IMG/VR virus record: IMGVR_UViG_3300042340_000394 | Coordinates: 1 to 64,000 of that record | DNA: 64,000 bases | Origin: a virus | Lineage: Duplodnaviria > Caudoviricetes | Direction: 5' to 3' (one strand) | Shown: positions 17,849 to 27,994 of the stretch, piece by piece | Position numbering within the stretch: the stretch's first letter is position 1 | Layout: the number at the start of each line of letters is the position of its first letter | Notes under the pieces: generated by a model | The model's database searches: none | The model's input: the letters and a program-made list of their open reading frames with translations, nothing else | Told to the model about the DNA's origin: nothing | Position numbers and translations under genes: made by a program

Positions 17849-18565
17849 ATGGCTCGATCGTGGTTCTCCCGTAACGGCGTCGAGGTTGCCGCTGGCGTCG
17901 CCGCGGTGACTGGCCTCGCCGTGCTCCTATGGCCCCGCAACTCCGAGGCGTCCGCCATGCCGCTCAACCGTTCCACCGCCCTCGCCGACCTCCGCGCGGA
18001 GTACGCCGCGATGTACGACGCCGCGCAGATCCGCCCCGAACGTCTCGCATCGGTCGATCGCGTCGTTGACGTGCTCGCCTCGCACCGCGACCGCTACGAG
18101 CGCGCCGGGAACCCCGTCGGCGTGCCGTGGTACGTCGTCGCCGCGATTCACTCGCTCGAAGGCGGCGGGTCGTCGGGACGATTCACCGGGCACCTTCACA
18201 ACGGCGACCCGCTCACGGCGCGAACGGTTCACGTACCTGCGAACCGCCCCGTGGCGCCTCCTACAGCGGGCGAGGGACAACCCTATACGTGGGAGGAGAG
18301 CGCCACCGATGCGCTCGCACGTTTCCGCGGGTGGGGAGACTGGAGCCTCCCGGCGACGCTTTGGCAACTCGAAAAATACAACGGGTTCGGCACGCGCTCG
18401 CGTGGCATCCCGACGCCGTACCTGTGGTCGTTCACCGACCGATACGCGAAGGGCAAGTACGTTCGCGACGGCGTGTGGGATGCGAACGCGGTGAGCGGTC
18501 AAGTCGGCGCCGCCGCGATCCTCAAGCGCATGGAACAGCGCGGGCTCATCGCGATCCCGAGGTGA
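17849..18565 (+). CDS. Lysozyme-family protein (COG5526-like) with N-terminal TM anchor
   Basis: GVPWYVVAAIHSLE, HLHNGDPL, LEKYNGFG, PYLWS and GKYVRDG motifs. Confidence 0.85.
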   Translation: MARSWFSRNGVEVAAGVAAVTGLAVLLWPRNSEASAMPLNRSTALADLRAEYAAMYDAAQIRPERLASVDRVVDVLASHRDRYERAGNPVGVPWYVVAAIHSLEGGGSSGRFTGHLHNGDPLTARTVHVPANRPVAPPTAGEGQPYTWEESATDALARFRGWGDWSLPATLWQLEKYNGFGTRSRGIPTPYLWSFTDRYAKGKYVRDGVWDANAVSGQVGAAAILKRMEQRGLIAIPR

Positions 18566-19227
18566 TCGTGTCACAAGTTGTCCCGGCCGTCCGCACCGCC
18601 GCTGGTCTCTCTCGCGAGGCGTGGGTTCGCTCACGCCACGGCGCCGCGTACAACGTTCTCCTCGGTCGCGGACTCGAACCGTCGCTCGCGTGGTGGGTCG
18701 CTGCAACGCTTGTCGCGCAGTGGCTCCGCGAGACGGGCGGCGGGCGAAACGAGTGGGGCTGTAGCGAGGGGAACATCCGCGCGACCGCGGCGTGGACCGG
18801 CGCGGTGCAGTACCTACAGGGCGGCGACGATGCGCGCGAGGCGCCGTACCGCGCCTACCCGACGGAGCCGAACTGCGAGACGGGCGTTGCCGACGCGATC
18901 CGCCTCGCGATCGACGGGCGTCTGTACCACCCCGCCTACTTGCGCTTGCTCGCATCGGCGAGCGGCGGTCCGTACATCGTCGGGTCGAGCGCGCACCAGT
19001 ACGCCGTGCCGCTCGACTCCGTGCAGTGGATGTCGGACGTTCTGCACGCGGGGTGGAGCCCGTGGTCGGAGGCGGCGATCGACGAGTACCGCTCCATCGC
19101 CGGAACCGTCGCGGGCATCGTCGGAGCGCCGCCGTACGTTCCGTCGGCGTGGGGCAAGGTCGCCGTAGGCGCTGGCGTCGCGGCGGTCGGCATGGCGATC
19201 TACGGCGTGCTGCGCGGGCGACGTTAG
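18562..19227 (+). CDS. Putative lysozyme-fold (glucosaminidase-like) enzyme with C-terminal TM anchor
   Basis: AQWLRETGGG...GNI motif; ends VAVGAGVAAVGMAIYGVLRGRR. Confidence 0.55.
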   Translation: MIVSQVVPAVRTAAGLSREAWVRSRHGAAYNVLLGRGLEPSLAWWVAATLVAQWLRETGGGRNEWGCSEGNIRATAAWTGAVQYLQGGDDAREAPYRAYPTEPNCETGVADAIRLAIDGRLYHPAYLRLLASASGGPYIVGSSAHQYAVPLDSVQWMSDVLHAGWSPWSEAAIDEYRSIAGTVAGIVGAPPYVPSAWGKVAVGAGVAAVGMAIYGVLRGRR

Positions 19228-19964
19228 CGGGCGATCTTCTTCGCGGCGTCGCTGAGTTTCCGCAGCGCGACGGCCTCGATTTGGCGAACACGCTCGCGAC
19301 TCACGCCGATGCGGTCGCCGATTTCTTGCAGCGTCTCCTCCGGGTCGTTGAGGTAGCGCGCTTCGACGATCAGGCGTTCACGGTCGGTGAGCCCCGACGT
19401 TGCGAGCATACGATGCGCGAGGGCCGATCGCTGCGTCGCCTCGGCGGCTTCTTCTGCGGTCGGCCCATCGTCCGCGAGTGTGTCTTCGAGCGTCTGCGGG
19501 TGCTCCGATTGCTGGTCACCGACGACTTCGGAGAGCGAACGTTCGCCGAGCGAGAACGTGAAGAACGCCCTCGCATCCCAGTGTCCGTGCGAGTCGCCCG
19601 TGAACGCTTGCGCAAGAACATCCTCGACACCCGACGTAGTGTTCGTCCCGCGGCGCTCTAACACGCGGAACACGCGCGCCACGGCGGCGGGAACGACGCC
19701 GATGCAGCGCGAGCGACGCCATTCCTTGATGGCACGTCCGCGCATGCAGGAATAGGCGTAACTCCCGAACTCGACGCCCTCGTCGGGGTCGTATAGTTCT
19801 GCGGCGCGGTACAATTCGAGCCACGCCGACTGCGTGAAATCGTCCCACTTCTCGCGGTCGCGGATCGTCTTGCGGACGGCGGCGTGCATCACGCCGATGT
19901 GCGTGGCGGCGAGCGCAAGCGCCTCGCTCGGGGAACGTTTCGGTTCGCGTCTTGTGAACGTCAT
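19224..19964 (-). CDS. Sigma70-family RNA polymerase sigma factor (group 3-like)
   Basis: Region 2 AAELYDPDEGVEFGSYAY; region 4 TLQEIGDRIGVSRERVRQIEAVALRKL. Confidence 0.9.
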   Translation of the reverse strand: MTFTRREPKRSPSEALALAATHIGVMHAAVRKTIRDREKWDDFTQSAWLELYRAAELYDPDEGVEFGSYAYSCMRGRAIKEWRRSRCIGVVPAAVARVFRVLERRGTNTTSGVEDVLAQAFTGDSHGHWDARAFFTFSLGERSLSEVVGDQQSEHPQTLEDTLADDGPTAEEAAEATQRSALAHRMLATSGLTDRERLIVEARYLNDPEETLQEIGDRIGVSRERVRQIEAVALRKLSDAAKKIAR

Positions 19965-22531
19965 CGCCGCAGGAACCCGTGATCGTACACGCCGTCTTGC
20001 AGTCGCGCGGCGAGGGCCTTGTGCGCGGCGGTGAGCTCCGCCCACTCCGCGGGCAACAGTTCGCGCCAGAGGTGCTTGCTCTGGTAGCAACCGGAATCCC
20101 ACGCGGCGAGGTGCAGTTCCGGTCGGCCCGACGCGAACGACTCGCGCAGCGGGAGTGACTTCACCCACAAGGCGTCGAGAAGATCGAGCACCTTGCGCGC
20201 GTCGGCGGAGAGCGTGAGCGACGGGAGAACGTGGGCGAAGTACGGGTCGCCCGTCACCTCCCACGGCTGCGCCGTCGCCTCGCCAGTGAAGTGATTGCGC
20301 CCGATCTTGACCGTCGGTTCGGCCTTGCAGTCGCGGTAGAGCGACGACGTTTCGCGCGTGTCGAGCGCGGCGAGCGACGCCTCGCGGGTGCGCCAGAACC
20401 AGTGGTTTTTGATGCGCCACGACTTGCCCTTGTACGGCACGTCGCGCATGGCGGTGCAGTTGTTAGAGCCGTGCAGGAGCGCGTAGACGTGGCAGTCGTC
20501 GACCCAGCGGTTGTAGGCCGCGGACGCCTCGGTTTTCGCAGTCGGCGCGAGGTACTCGTCCTTGTCGTTGATCCAGTTCCCGGTGACGAGCTTGCGGGCG
20601 GCGAAGAGCGAGACGACACGGCGGTAGTTCGCGGGCAGAACGGAGAACCCGGTGGGCGTCATCTTCGATGATCCCCACGCCGAAAGCGTGCCGCTGTCAT
20701 ACACGGCGTTAGAATTATTGACGAGGTATGCGATGTATCCTGACGCCATTTTTCCCGTCGCTGCCGCGCTAATAGTCAACCCGCTGCTGAACTGGGGCGC
20801 GTCGATTTTGCTTGTCAATGCCGCGGACTCTCTAGCCCAGTCCGATGCCGATTGATTGTCCGCGCAGTGCACTCGCTTGACGCCGATAGACTTCACGCGG
20901 AAGGCCACGACGTCTTTCGTCACGAGTGTTACGTTTGATCGCTTGCTCGACGTAGACCCGTCGTTCCATACGGTAAACGAAACGCCCCACGCTCCGCTAA
21001 CATCCGCGAAGTGAGAGGCTTGAAACATGAATCCGCTAACGTACTCGTGTCGTTGATACCACCACTCCCTGAACGGCTGGAAAGAACCACTGAACATAAA
21101 CCTGGGGTTCGAGAAAACCGCGACGGTAACGCAACTGAACCCGTAATGCTCCGCCACGATCGAAGCTCGAAACATGAACTGCGCATAAAGCTGGTGGCAC
21201 GAGGCTCCCATCGAAGCCGACTTCATGGAATCGTTGACAGCGTTCTTCGCGATGCCCGCCCTGCCTGCTTCACTCAACCCGGCGCCCGCGGTCCCGTACG
21301 GCGGGTTCATATAGAACACCAGTCGCTTGCCCGCCTTCGCCGCCGCGCGGAGCACCTTCTCGACCCGCGTCGGCACGCGGTTGTCGCCGTCTTCGAGCGC
21401 GAAGAACGGGGACTGCGCGTTGTCGTTAAGAAAATCGTACTGGAATACGTGCTGCCCGCCCCACCCTTGCTCGCGCATTACGTTCACGTCGGGGCGTTCG
21501 GCGGTGCTCGAAATGAGGCACCCCCAGTCGTTGTAGTCGCGCGTGAGGTTGCCCGTGCCCGCGGCGCAGTCCCACACGACGCACTCGCTCCGCCAGTTCG
21601 CGCCGAGCACACGTTCGAGTTCCTTGTTCGCTTGCTCGGACCAGATGGCCGGTGTGAAGAACGCTCCTTGACGGCGGCGCGCATCATCTTCGACGAGTCG
21701 GTCCTTGTCGGCGTAAAACGCCTCGACTTCGGAGGGCTTGTACCCTTGCTCGAAGTGCGCGAAGAAACTGCGGTACTGGTCCGCGTTGACCAGCACGGCG
21801 TCGTCGTAACCGGGCACCACGAGCACGCCGCGCTTCGTCGGGTGCGGGTGAACTTCGTCGGGGTGGAACAGGCACCGCAGGAACACATCGACTTGCTCCG
21901 TCGGCGTGAGCGCGCCCTTGCCCTTCTCCGGGTTCTTGAAAACGTTGTCGCGCCAGTACACGAAGATCGCGCTCAGGTTCGTGCGCGTCGCGCGGACGTG
22001 ATGCGTGTTGCCCGCCGCGAGTGTCTCGATCTTCGTGAGCACATCACCGAAGTCGAGGTCACCGTTGACGTCGTAGACGTAAGGCAACAAGTTGAACCCG
22101 CTCACCAGCGCACGAGTGAGTTCCGGCGATCCCGCCGACGGCGCGACGTTCCAGTCGAGGCTCATGTTGAGGAACCCACGCACGGCGTCGGTCGCGAGCA
22201 CGAAGCACTCGTTCCTGTCGCCGACGAGGAGCACGTTCGGCATCGCCGCGCCGCTCGCCTCGAACTTCTTGAGGTACAGGATGAGTTGCCCGAGAACCGA
22301 GCACACGGGGCCTCGCGACTTGAAGTCGAGGTCGTACTTCGCTTCGAGAAGCAGGCGCACGCTCACCGGGGGCGTGCTCGCGCTCCACACGGCGAGTCCG
22401 TCGGTGGCGTGCGGCGAAGACCACGAGGCGTCGGGGCGTTGCGCGGAAACCTCCGCGCGGTAGGCGTTCTCGACGTCCTTCTCCACGCGAGAGACGGCGA
22501 GTGCGGCGCTCAATGCAGTACGTTTGCTCAT
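19961..22531 (-). CDS. Type IIG-like fused restriction endonuclease / N6-adenine methyltransferase
   Basis: N-terminal TDG...LEAK nuclease-like motif; GAFFTP, WDCAAGTGNL (motif I) and NPPY (motif IV). Confidence 0.8.
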   Translation of the reverse strand: MSKRTALSAALAVSRVEKDVENAYRAEVSAQRPDASWSSPHATDGLAVWSASTPPVSVRLLLEAKYDLDFKSRGPVCSVLGQLILYLKKFEASGAAMPNVLLVGDRNECFVLATDAVRGFLNMSLDWNVAPSAGSPELTRALVSGFNLLPYVYDVNGDLDFGDVLTKIETLAAGNTHHVRATRTNLSAIFVYWRDNVFKNPEKGKGALTPTEQVDVFLRCLFHPDEVHPHPTKRGVLVVPGYDDAVLVNADQYRSFFAHFEQGYKPSEVEAFYADKDRLVEDDARRRQGAFFTPAIWSEQANKELERVLGANWRSECVVWDCAAGTGNLTRDYNDWGCLISSTAERPDVNVMREQGWGGQHVFQYDFLNDNAQSPFFALEDGDNRVPTRVEKVLRAAAKAGKRLVFYMNPPYGTAGAGLSEAGRAGIAKNAVNDSMKSASMGASCHQLYAQFMFRASIVAEHYGFSCVTVAVFSNPRFMFSGSFQPFREWWYQRHEYVSGFMFQASHFADVSGAWGVSFTVWNDGSTSSKRSNVTLVTKDVVAFRVKSIGVKRVHCADNQSASDWARESAALTSKIDAPQFSSGLTISAAATGKMASGYIAYLVNNSNAVYDSGTLSAWGSSKMTPTGFSVLPANYRRVVSLFAARKLVTGNWINDKDEYLAPTAKTEASAAYNRWVDDCHVYALLHGSNNCTAMRDVPYKGKSWRIKNHWFWRTREASLAALDTRETSSLYRDCKAEPTVKIGRNHFTGEATAQPWEVTGDPYFAHVLPSLTLSADARKVLDLLDALWVKSLPLRESFASGRPELHLAAWDSGCYQSKHLWRELLPAEWAELTAAHKALAARLQDGVYDHGFLRR

Positions 22532-23120
22532 CGGTTCCCTTGTACGTTAACGTCGCCGTGGCGATTCAGTTCACGCCCGCGTCGGTGGCGTGTTGCTTCT
22601 CCGTCTGCAACGCTTGCAGGCCGTCGATGCAGCCGCCCACGGTGTCGCAGAGGCGTTGAATCGCGAGGTAGCGGTCGCCCGGTTCCAGTCCGCCGTACCC
22701 CTCGCGGATATCGACGGCGGCGCTGTACGACGCCCGCGCGGCGCTCGCGAAGAGGCGCGCGGTGCGGAACCGCTCGACGCCACCGCCAAGGCAATCGTTC
22801 GCGAGTTTCGTCGCGTACTCCGCGCCGCGCTTCATCGCGCGGAGCATCGTATCCATCTCAGTCGCGAAGTTGTCGTTCGTCACGTCGGCCTCCTGCATCG
22901 AAACTTGATCCGCTCGCTCGCGCGGCACGTATTGCCACGCTTGTGCCATCCATCGCACCGGCACCACCCGACGAAAACCAGTCGGTGTTCGCCGCCGCAC
23001 GGATTCTCTACGTCGCGCGGCGGGAGCGACTGCAACAGCGGCGGACTCGGGCGCTGTTGCAGTTGCAGGAGGGCGAGTTCCATCCTCGATACCCGATGAA
23101 GTGGCTCCATCGCTTGCACC

Positions 23121-23468
23121 TTACCCGCGAACCAACCGGGTGACGGCCACGACGTGGCCCTTCTCGTTTCGCACGGCCCCATCGTTCGGGCCGGTGCCGG
23201 GACCGACTACGTCGGGGCGCGAACCGCGAAGCGCCGCGAGCACCATCGCGCTCACGATGAACATCGTGCCCTCCGCAGGGGCCGGGAGCCCCTCGACGCC
23301 GCCGAAGGTCTGCATCCCCGCGACGGGGACCGGAATGCCCGCCACGGTCTCCAGCGCACCGGGGGTGCTGGAGACGCGAGCGACAGTGCCGCTCGGGGGT
23401 ACGATGGTATCGGTGCCGTCGGCGGAGCGGAGGGTGATGGCGTGCGGCGTGAGGTTCGTGAGGTTCAT
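23121..23468 (-). CDS. Conserved phage-type hypothetical protein (NLTPH motif)
   Basis: NLTPHAITL, IVSAMV; class I promoter. Confidence 0.7.
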   Translation of the reverse strand: MNLTNLTPHAITLRSADGTDTIVPPSGTVARVSSTPGALETVAGIPVPVAGMQTFGGVEGLPAPAEGTMFIVSAMVLAALRGSRPDVVGPGTGPNDGAVRNEKGHVVAVTRLVRG

Positions 23469-23605
23469 GCCCACTCTTACGAACCGGGTGGCTGAGTTCT
23501 TACAACCCCCGCCTCGTTTTTCTCGAACACTCTATTCTCATGCGGTTTCCAGAAAACATCACGTCGCCGTGTCAGAATCGGGTCGCTCCGCACGTAGAAG
23601 GGAGC

Positions 23606-24304
23606 ATGAACCCCAACGAACTCAACTGGTCCGACGGCATTGGGCACCGCAGCCGCGCGTCGTGGCTGCTCTTCGTAGACGCGAAGCGCGACCGCGTGAT
23701 TCGCTTCGTGAGCAGTTCGATCGACGGCGTGGTCGCCGTGGTCGGCACGTCCTTCACGCGCAACGGCAAGTGGTCGCACACCACGTACCGCTTGCTCGTC
23801 GCGGACGGAATCCGCGCGATCACGGGTCTCGACGGATGGGAGACCGGGCGTTTCGTCGAGGGTCTCCAGCGCGCGGTAGGCGCGTCCGCTCCCATCGACC
23901 GCTGGCCCGCGGTCGCGGAGGCACTCGGCGTGAGCGTCCCCGCTGCGATGGAGTTCCTCCGGGCGTGGCGCCCGAAGGCCGCGGAGGCGCTCGACGAGGT
24001 CGATGTGAAGCTCGAACTGTTCGAGGCGCAGACCGACGCCGATGCGGCTGCGGTGTCGGAGGTCGAGACCGTCGTGGTGTCGTTCGGTTCGCCGACGCGA
24101 CGCCAGCGCGAGGAGGGGTTCTGGCACGCCCCGAAGGCCATTCCCGGCACCGACGAGGGCGAAGTCGCGCTCATCGCCTCCGACGGCGGGTGGGTTGCTG
24201 GCAACGTCGCGGTGCACGGCGTGAGCGGCGTCGTGACCGACGTGCGGCAGTCCGGTGGCTACGGCGGTGGTTACGTCGCCGTGACGGTCGCGATCCGCAA
24301 GTGA
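23606..24304 (+). CDS. Hypothetical protein
   Basis: Class I promoter divergent from the previous gene. Confidence 0.7.
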   Translation: MNPNELNWSDGIGHRSRASWLLFVDAKRDRVIRFVSSSIDGVVAVVGTSFTRNGKWSHTTYRLLVADGIRAITGLDGWETGRFVEGLQRAVGASAPIDRWPAVAEALGVSVPAAMEFLRAWRPKAAEALDEVDVKLELFEAQTDADAAAVSEVETVVVSFGSPTRRQREEGFWHAPKAIPGTDEGEVALIASDGGWVAGNVAVHGVSGVVTDVRQSGGYGGGYVAVTVAIRK

Positions 24305-24343
24305 GCGTTGCCACGGCGTCGCCCGCCGCGTTACGGTGGCGCC

Positions 24344-25282
24344 GTGGCAAAACGTCGTGCATCCCGCAACAGCGCCCCGTCGTCGTTCTGGTGGATCGCG
24401 CCCGCCGCACTCGCGGTCGGTGGCGTCGCGGTGATCGCGCTCACGGCAACCGCCAGCGCAGCGTCGAGCGCGACGCAAGTGTTGATGCTCGACCTTGCGA
24501 CCGGCCCGTTTCCAGAACAGCGCAAGCCCTCCGCCGTGGTGATCCCCTCGGGCCTCGGTCCCTCCGACCCGCTCGACGTGTGGGTCTACTTCCGCGGCGT
24601 GCTAAAATGCGTCGATCGCGTGCTCGGCGACACCGACGGGCCATGCTCGTCGTCGGGGCACCCCCACAAGGCGTCGCACCTTCTCGCGCAGTTCGTCGGC
24701 TCGGGATCGAAGGCGCTGCTGATCGTGCCCGAACTCCGGTACGACGCCGCGGGGATGGATGCTGGCGCGCTCGCGCAACCGGGCCGATTCGCAGCGATGC
24801 TCGACGAGGTGCTCGCGCATCCCGCGGTCGCCGCACGACTCGGCGCGAGAACATCCGCGAACGTTCGCCGACTCGGCGTGATGGCGCACTCGGGTGGCAT
24901 CTTGCCCGCGGCGGCGGTCGTGCGTGACCGGCCTACCGGCCTCAACTCCGTGGTGCTCCTCGACGCGCTGTACAACTCGGAGGCCGTGTTCGCCGCGTGG
25001 ATCGCCGAGAACGCGCGACGTTTCGGGCCGGGTGGCGACCGTCGGTTCGCGACCGTCTACACCGACAACGGCGGCACGATTACGCGAGCGCAGGCGCTCG
25101 CCGGTACGACGCGAGCAGCGATCGACGCGGTGGGGCTCGGGAGCGAACTCCTCGACGATCGCAGCACGCGAACGCTCACGCCCGCCGACTACGCGAAGCA
25201 CGCGATCTTCAAGCGCAGCGCGCTCGACCACGACGCGCTGGCGCCGTATTACCCGCGCCAGTTCTGGTCCGCAGGGTGGTGA
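24344..25282 (+). CDS. Alpha/beta-hydrolase-like protein with RRASRNS tag and N-terminal TM anchor
   Basis: AHSGG nucleophile elbow, LLDALY, C-terminal His; promoter TTGCCA...TACGGT-N6-GTG. Confidence 0.7.
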   Translation: MAKRRASRNSAPSSFWWIAPAALAVGGVAVIALTATASAASSATQVLMLDLATGPFPEQRKPSAVVIPSGLGPSDPLDVWVYFRGVLKCVDRVLGDTDGPCSSSGHPHKASHLLAQFVGSGSKALLIVPELRYDAAGMDAGALAQPGRFAAMLDEVLAHPAVAARLGARTSANVRRLGVMAHSGGILPAAAVVRDRPTGLNSVVLLDALYNSEAVFAAWIAENARRFGPGGDRRFATVYTDNGGTITRAQALAGTTRAAIDAVGLGSELLDDRSTRTLTPADYAKHAIFKRSALDHDALAPYYPRQFWSAGW

Positions 25283-25338
25283 GGCGTGATCGCTATTGAC
25301 TCTGCGATGATCCGACTGGTACGATCAAATTCACGACC

Positions 25339-25755
25339 ATGAAAAATCGCAAGTCTCTAAAGAACGGTCACGGTTCTGTCGAAGATGTGCTCTCGCGTTA
25401 CGACGGAACACGCAAGCGCGTGCGGATCTTCCACGGAGACTCCGACACGGGACGTGATTCGATGGAGGAGTGGCGCGTTGCCGGGATCATCAGTCACTCG
25501 ACGGGGCCTTCGCGAGTGTTCCTCCTTATGCCTACGAGGCGTTCGCTCGGGGGCATTCAGGTCACGCCGAGTTCGGTAGTCCGCATGATCGTGGACGGCA
25601 ACGAGGTGTACCGTCACCCGTCCTACCACCTTCCCAAGATGACGATCGACGGAACCACCGTCTACGTCAACGGCGAGGTGCATGCCCGGTTCAAGACCGT
25701 CGCCGCCATGAACCGCTGGATCGCGTTCATGGAAGGCCGTCGGATGGCGAAGTAG
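25339..25755 (+). CDS. Hypothetical protein with RKSLKNG tag
   Basis: TTGACT...TACGAT promoter at 25296. Confidence 0.7.
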   Translation: MKNRKSLKNGHGSVEDVLSRYDGTRKRVRIFHGDSDTGRDSMEEWRVAGIISHSTGPSRVFLLMPTRRSLGGIQVTPSSVVRMIVDGNEVYRHPSYHLPKMTIDGTTVYVNGEVHARFKTVAAMNRWIAFMEGRRMAK

Positions 25756-25775
25756 CCTCTCGCCGCGCCGCTCCC

Positions 25776-26666
25776 ATGCCCCGATCATGGCTCTCGCAGA
25801 ACGGCGTCGAGGTTGCCGCTGGCGTTGCCGCGGTGACCGGCCTCGCCGTGATCCTATGGCCCCGCAGCGCGGCGCCCTCCGTCGCCGTGCCCGCCACTCC
25901 GACGCCCCTCCCCGCCACCCCTCGCCCGCCTACAGTGCCCACGATGCCGTCACCTCCCGCCCCGGTGCTCACCGACTTCGCCGCCGCCGTCGCCTCGATG
26001 ACCGCCGCGCAGTACGAGCGCGCCGTGCTCGACACCGCCCTCGCGGGGAACGTCCCGACCGGCATCGTCGCCCCGTCGCAGTTTGTGCCCGTCACGGCGA
26101 CGGCTGGCGGGCGCACGGGGACGTTCTTCTGCGCGTCCATGCCCTTGTGCGTCGGTCCCGACTCCGCGCCGTTCCACGCCCCCGTGAGCGTCGTTACGGC
26201 GCAGCGCATCGCCGACCACTACGGCGTCTCGCTCCCGACGCGCAAGATGGTGGACGCGATCCACGCCAGCGCGACGGCGCGGGTGCCGTTCCGCGCGTAC
26301 TCCGCCGACCGGCAGTCGCCGCGAACGTTCGTCACGTCGAGCGCCGCCATCGAAGCGAGACGCGCGGGGCGTACCGGAATCGTGAGCGATTTCTCGAAGG
26401 ACTACGTGCTCACGAACATGCGGCGCAACACGCCCGACAAGTGCGCGATCTACGGCGGGTGGGATGCGTCGGGCGCCCGCGTGCAGTCGCTCTCGACGGT
26501 GCACTCGCGGACGTACTACGACTACTCGCAGCAGCCCCGCTTCGTGGCGGGCGTAGTGCTCGTGGATGGTGCGCAGCGGTCGCTGGCGGAGGCGCTGGCG
26601 GACCCCGCGACCGCGCCGCTGTTCTCCGACGAGGGCACGATCACGGGGGCCATGCTGCGGTACTAG
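25776..26666 (+). CDS. Membrane-anchored hypothetical enzyme
   Basis: N-terminus shared with the lysozyme at 17849; AQRIAD...LPTRKMVDAIH and YYDYSQ motifs. Confidence 0.7.
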   Translation: MPRSWLSQNGVEVAAGVAAVTGLAVILWPRSAAPSVAVPATPTPLPATPRPPTVPTMPSPPAPVLTDFAAAVASMTAAQYERAVLDTALAGNVPTGIVAPSQFVPVTATAGGRTGTFFCASMPLCVGPDSAPFHAPVSVVTAQRIADHYGVSLPTRKMVDAIHASATARVPFRAYSADRQSPRTFVTSSAAIEARRAGRTGIVSDFSKDYVLTNMRRNTPDKCAIYGGWDASGARVQSLSTVHSRTYYDYSQQPRFVAGVVLVDGAQRSLAEALADPATAPLFSDEGTITGAMLRY

Positions 26667-26919
26667 CCGCCGACCCGCTTGCCGCCGAACCTGCGCGCGA
26701 ACTCGTCGGCGAAGTGCTCGCGGCGCCCCGAGTCGTCGTCCGTGATGGTCGCCTCGTACGGGGTGAAACTGATGCTGAACGATCGCTGGCTCCCGATCGG
26801 GAGCACGCGCATCGACGTGAGCCGCCCCATCGTGTGGTGCATCGCGAGCGCCGACCGGAAGTGCGAGTTGCACGCCCGCTCGACGTTCTCCGCGGTGAGC
26901 GGCGTCGCGGTGGTGATGG

Positions 26920-27363
26920 TCACCCGGTTGTTCGCGCTGCACCGCACACGACCGGGCGAACGCTCAGGGGCGCCTTGTCGTAATACGTGGGGCTTGCGGC
27001 ACGTCCGAGCGCCATGAACGGTTCGTCGTGCAAGAACGTTTCAACGACGATCCCAGCGGCGTCGAGCACGTCGTAGCGCAGAACGCCCTTCGCGCGACCG
27101 AGGATCTCCGCGGAACGTGCGATCGCGAGAATGGCATCGGACGGTTTCTCGACCGCTCCGGTGCTCGCGTCTCGCGAGACGTACCAGCCCTCGTCGCAGT
27201 CGCGCAGTTGCGCAATGCACGACGCGCGGTGGGGGAACTCCGCAGCGAAGCGCAGAAGGTCGATCGCCGCGCCGACCCACGCCGCGGGGACGGCGAAGCA
27301 CTTCGCCGAGTCGAAGGAGGTGGCGATGACGTAGCGGACGGAGGGGGCGTGCGTCGTGTTCAT
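26920..27363 (-). CDS. Hypothetical protein
   Basis: Class I promoter at 27364-27402. Confidence 0.6.
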   Translation of the reverse strand: MNTTHAPSVRYVIATSFDSAKCFAVPAAWVGAAIDLLRFAAEFPHRASCIAQLRDCDEGWYVSRDASTGAVEKPSDAILAIARSAEILGRAKGVLRYDVLDAAGIVVETFLHDEPFMALGRAASPTYYDKAPLSVRPVVCGAARTTG

Positions 27364-27397
27364 GGTGTCCTCTCTTACGCTCCGAGTGACGGCAACC

Positions 27398-27964
27398 TTA
27401 CGCCGTCGCCGCCGATTTCTTCGCGAGGCTCGCGAGGCACTTCGGGCACGTCGCCGCGTCGGCATTCTCAGTCACGGCGCGGTTCGCATAGAACGACGTG
27501 ATGCGGCGCGCACACGCCGTGAAGCCGCGGTAAGAACCGCGTGCGTGCACGAGCCGCGGCTTCTTCTTGACGGTGACAACCTCCGCGAGAGCCCACGTCT
27601 CGATCGCACGAAGGCAGTACGCCGCGTCGCTGGCGATGTAATCGCGCCGCTTGGTGAGTTCCTGTGCCGCGGCATCGCGGAGGGCGGCCTGCGCATCGAG
27701 CGCGTCGAGTTGCGCACCCGTGTCGAGCGCCATTGGCAGGAGTACATCCGCCACGAACGCGACGGTGCAGTCGGGCGATAACTCGAACGGGAGGCGATTG
27801 CTCCCGAAGCACGGGCCATGATGGTCCGCGTTGCCGTACACCGCCGCTCGGCGCACACCGGGCTCGCGCCAGTCGTGGCGCTTTACGCGACCGTCCACGT
27901 CGAGCGCCATCGGCAGGAAACACGCGCCGCAAGTGCCCTTGACCGTAATCTTCGTGGTTGCCAT
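27398..27964 (-). CDS. Zn-finger protein, internally deleted paralog of the next gene
   Basis: GTCGACF, GPCFG, PFELSP and CPKC motifs. Confidence 0.75.
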   Translation of the reverse strand: MATTKITVKGTCGACFLPMALDVDGRVKRHDWREPGVRRAAVYGNADHHGPCFGSNRLPFELSPDCTVAFVADVLLPMALDTGAQLDALDAQAALRDAAAQELTKRRDYIASDAAYCLRAIETWALAEVVTVKKKPRLVHARGSYRGFTACARRITSFYANRAVTENADAATCPKCLASLAKKSAATA

Positions 27965-27994
27965 GCCTCTCGTATGCCGCCAGTTGCAGCAACC

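Noticed and set aside
23881-23900. Self-target of the IscB copy 2 guide (cgcgtccgctcccatcg)
   Set aside because: Needs a gap, mismatches the TAM-proximal end, and is plausible by chance at this GC content.
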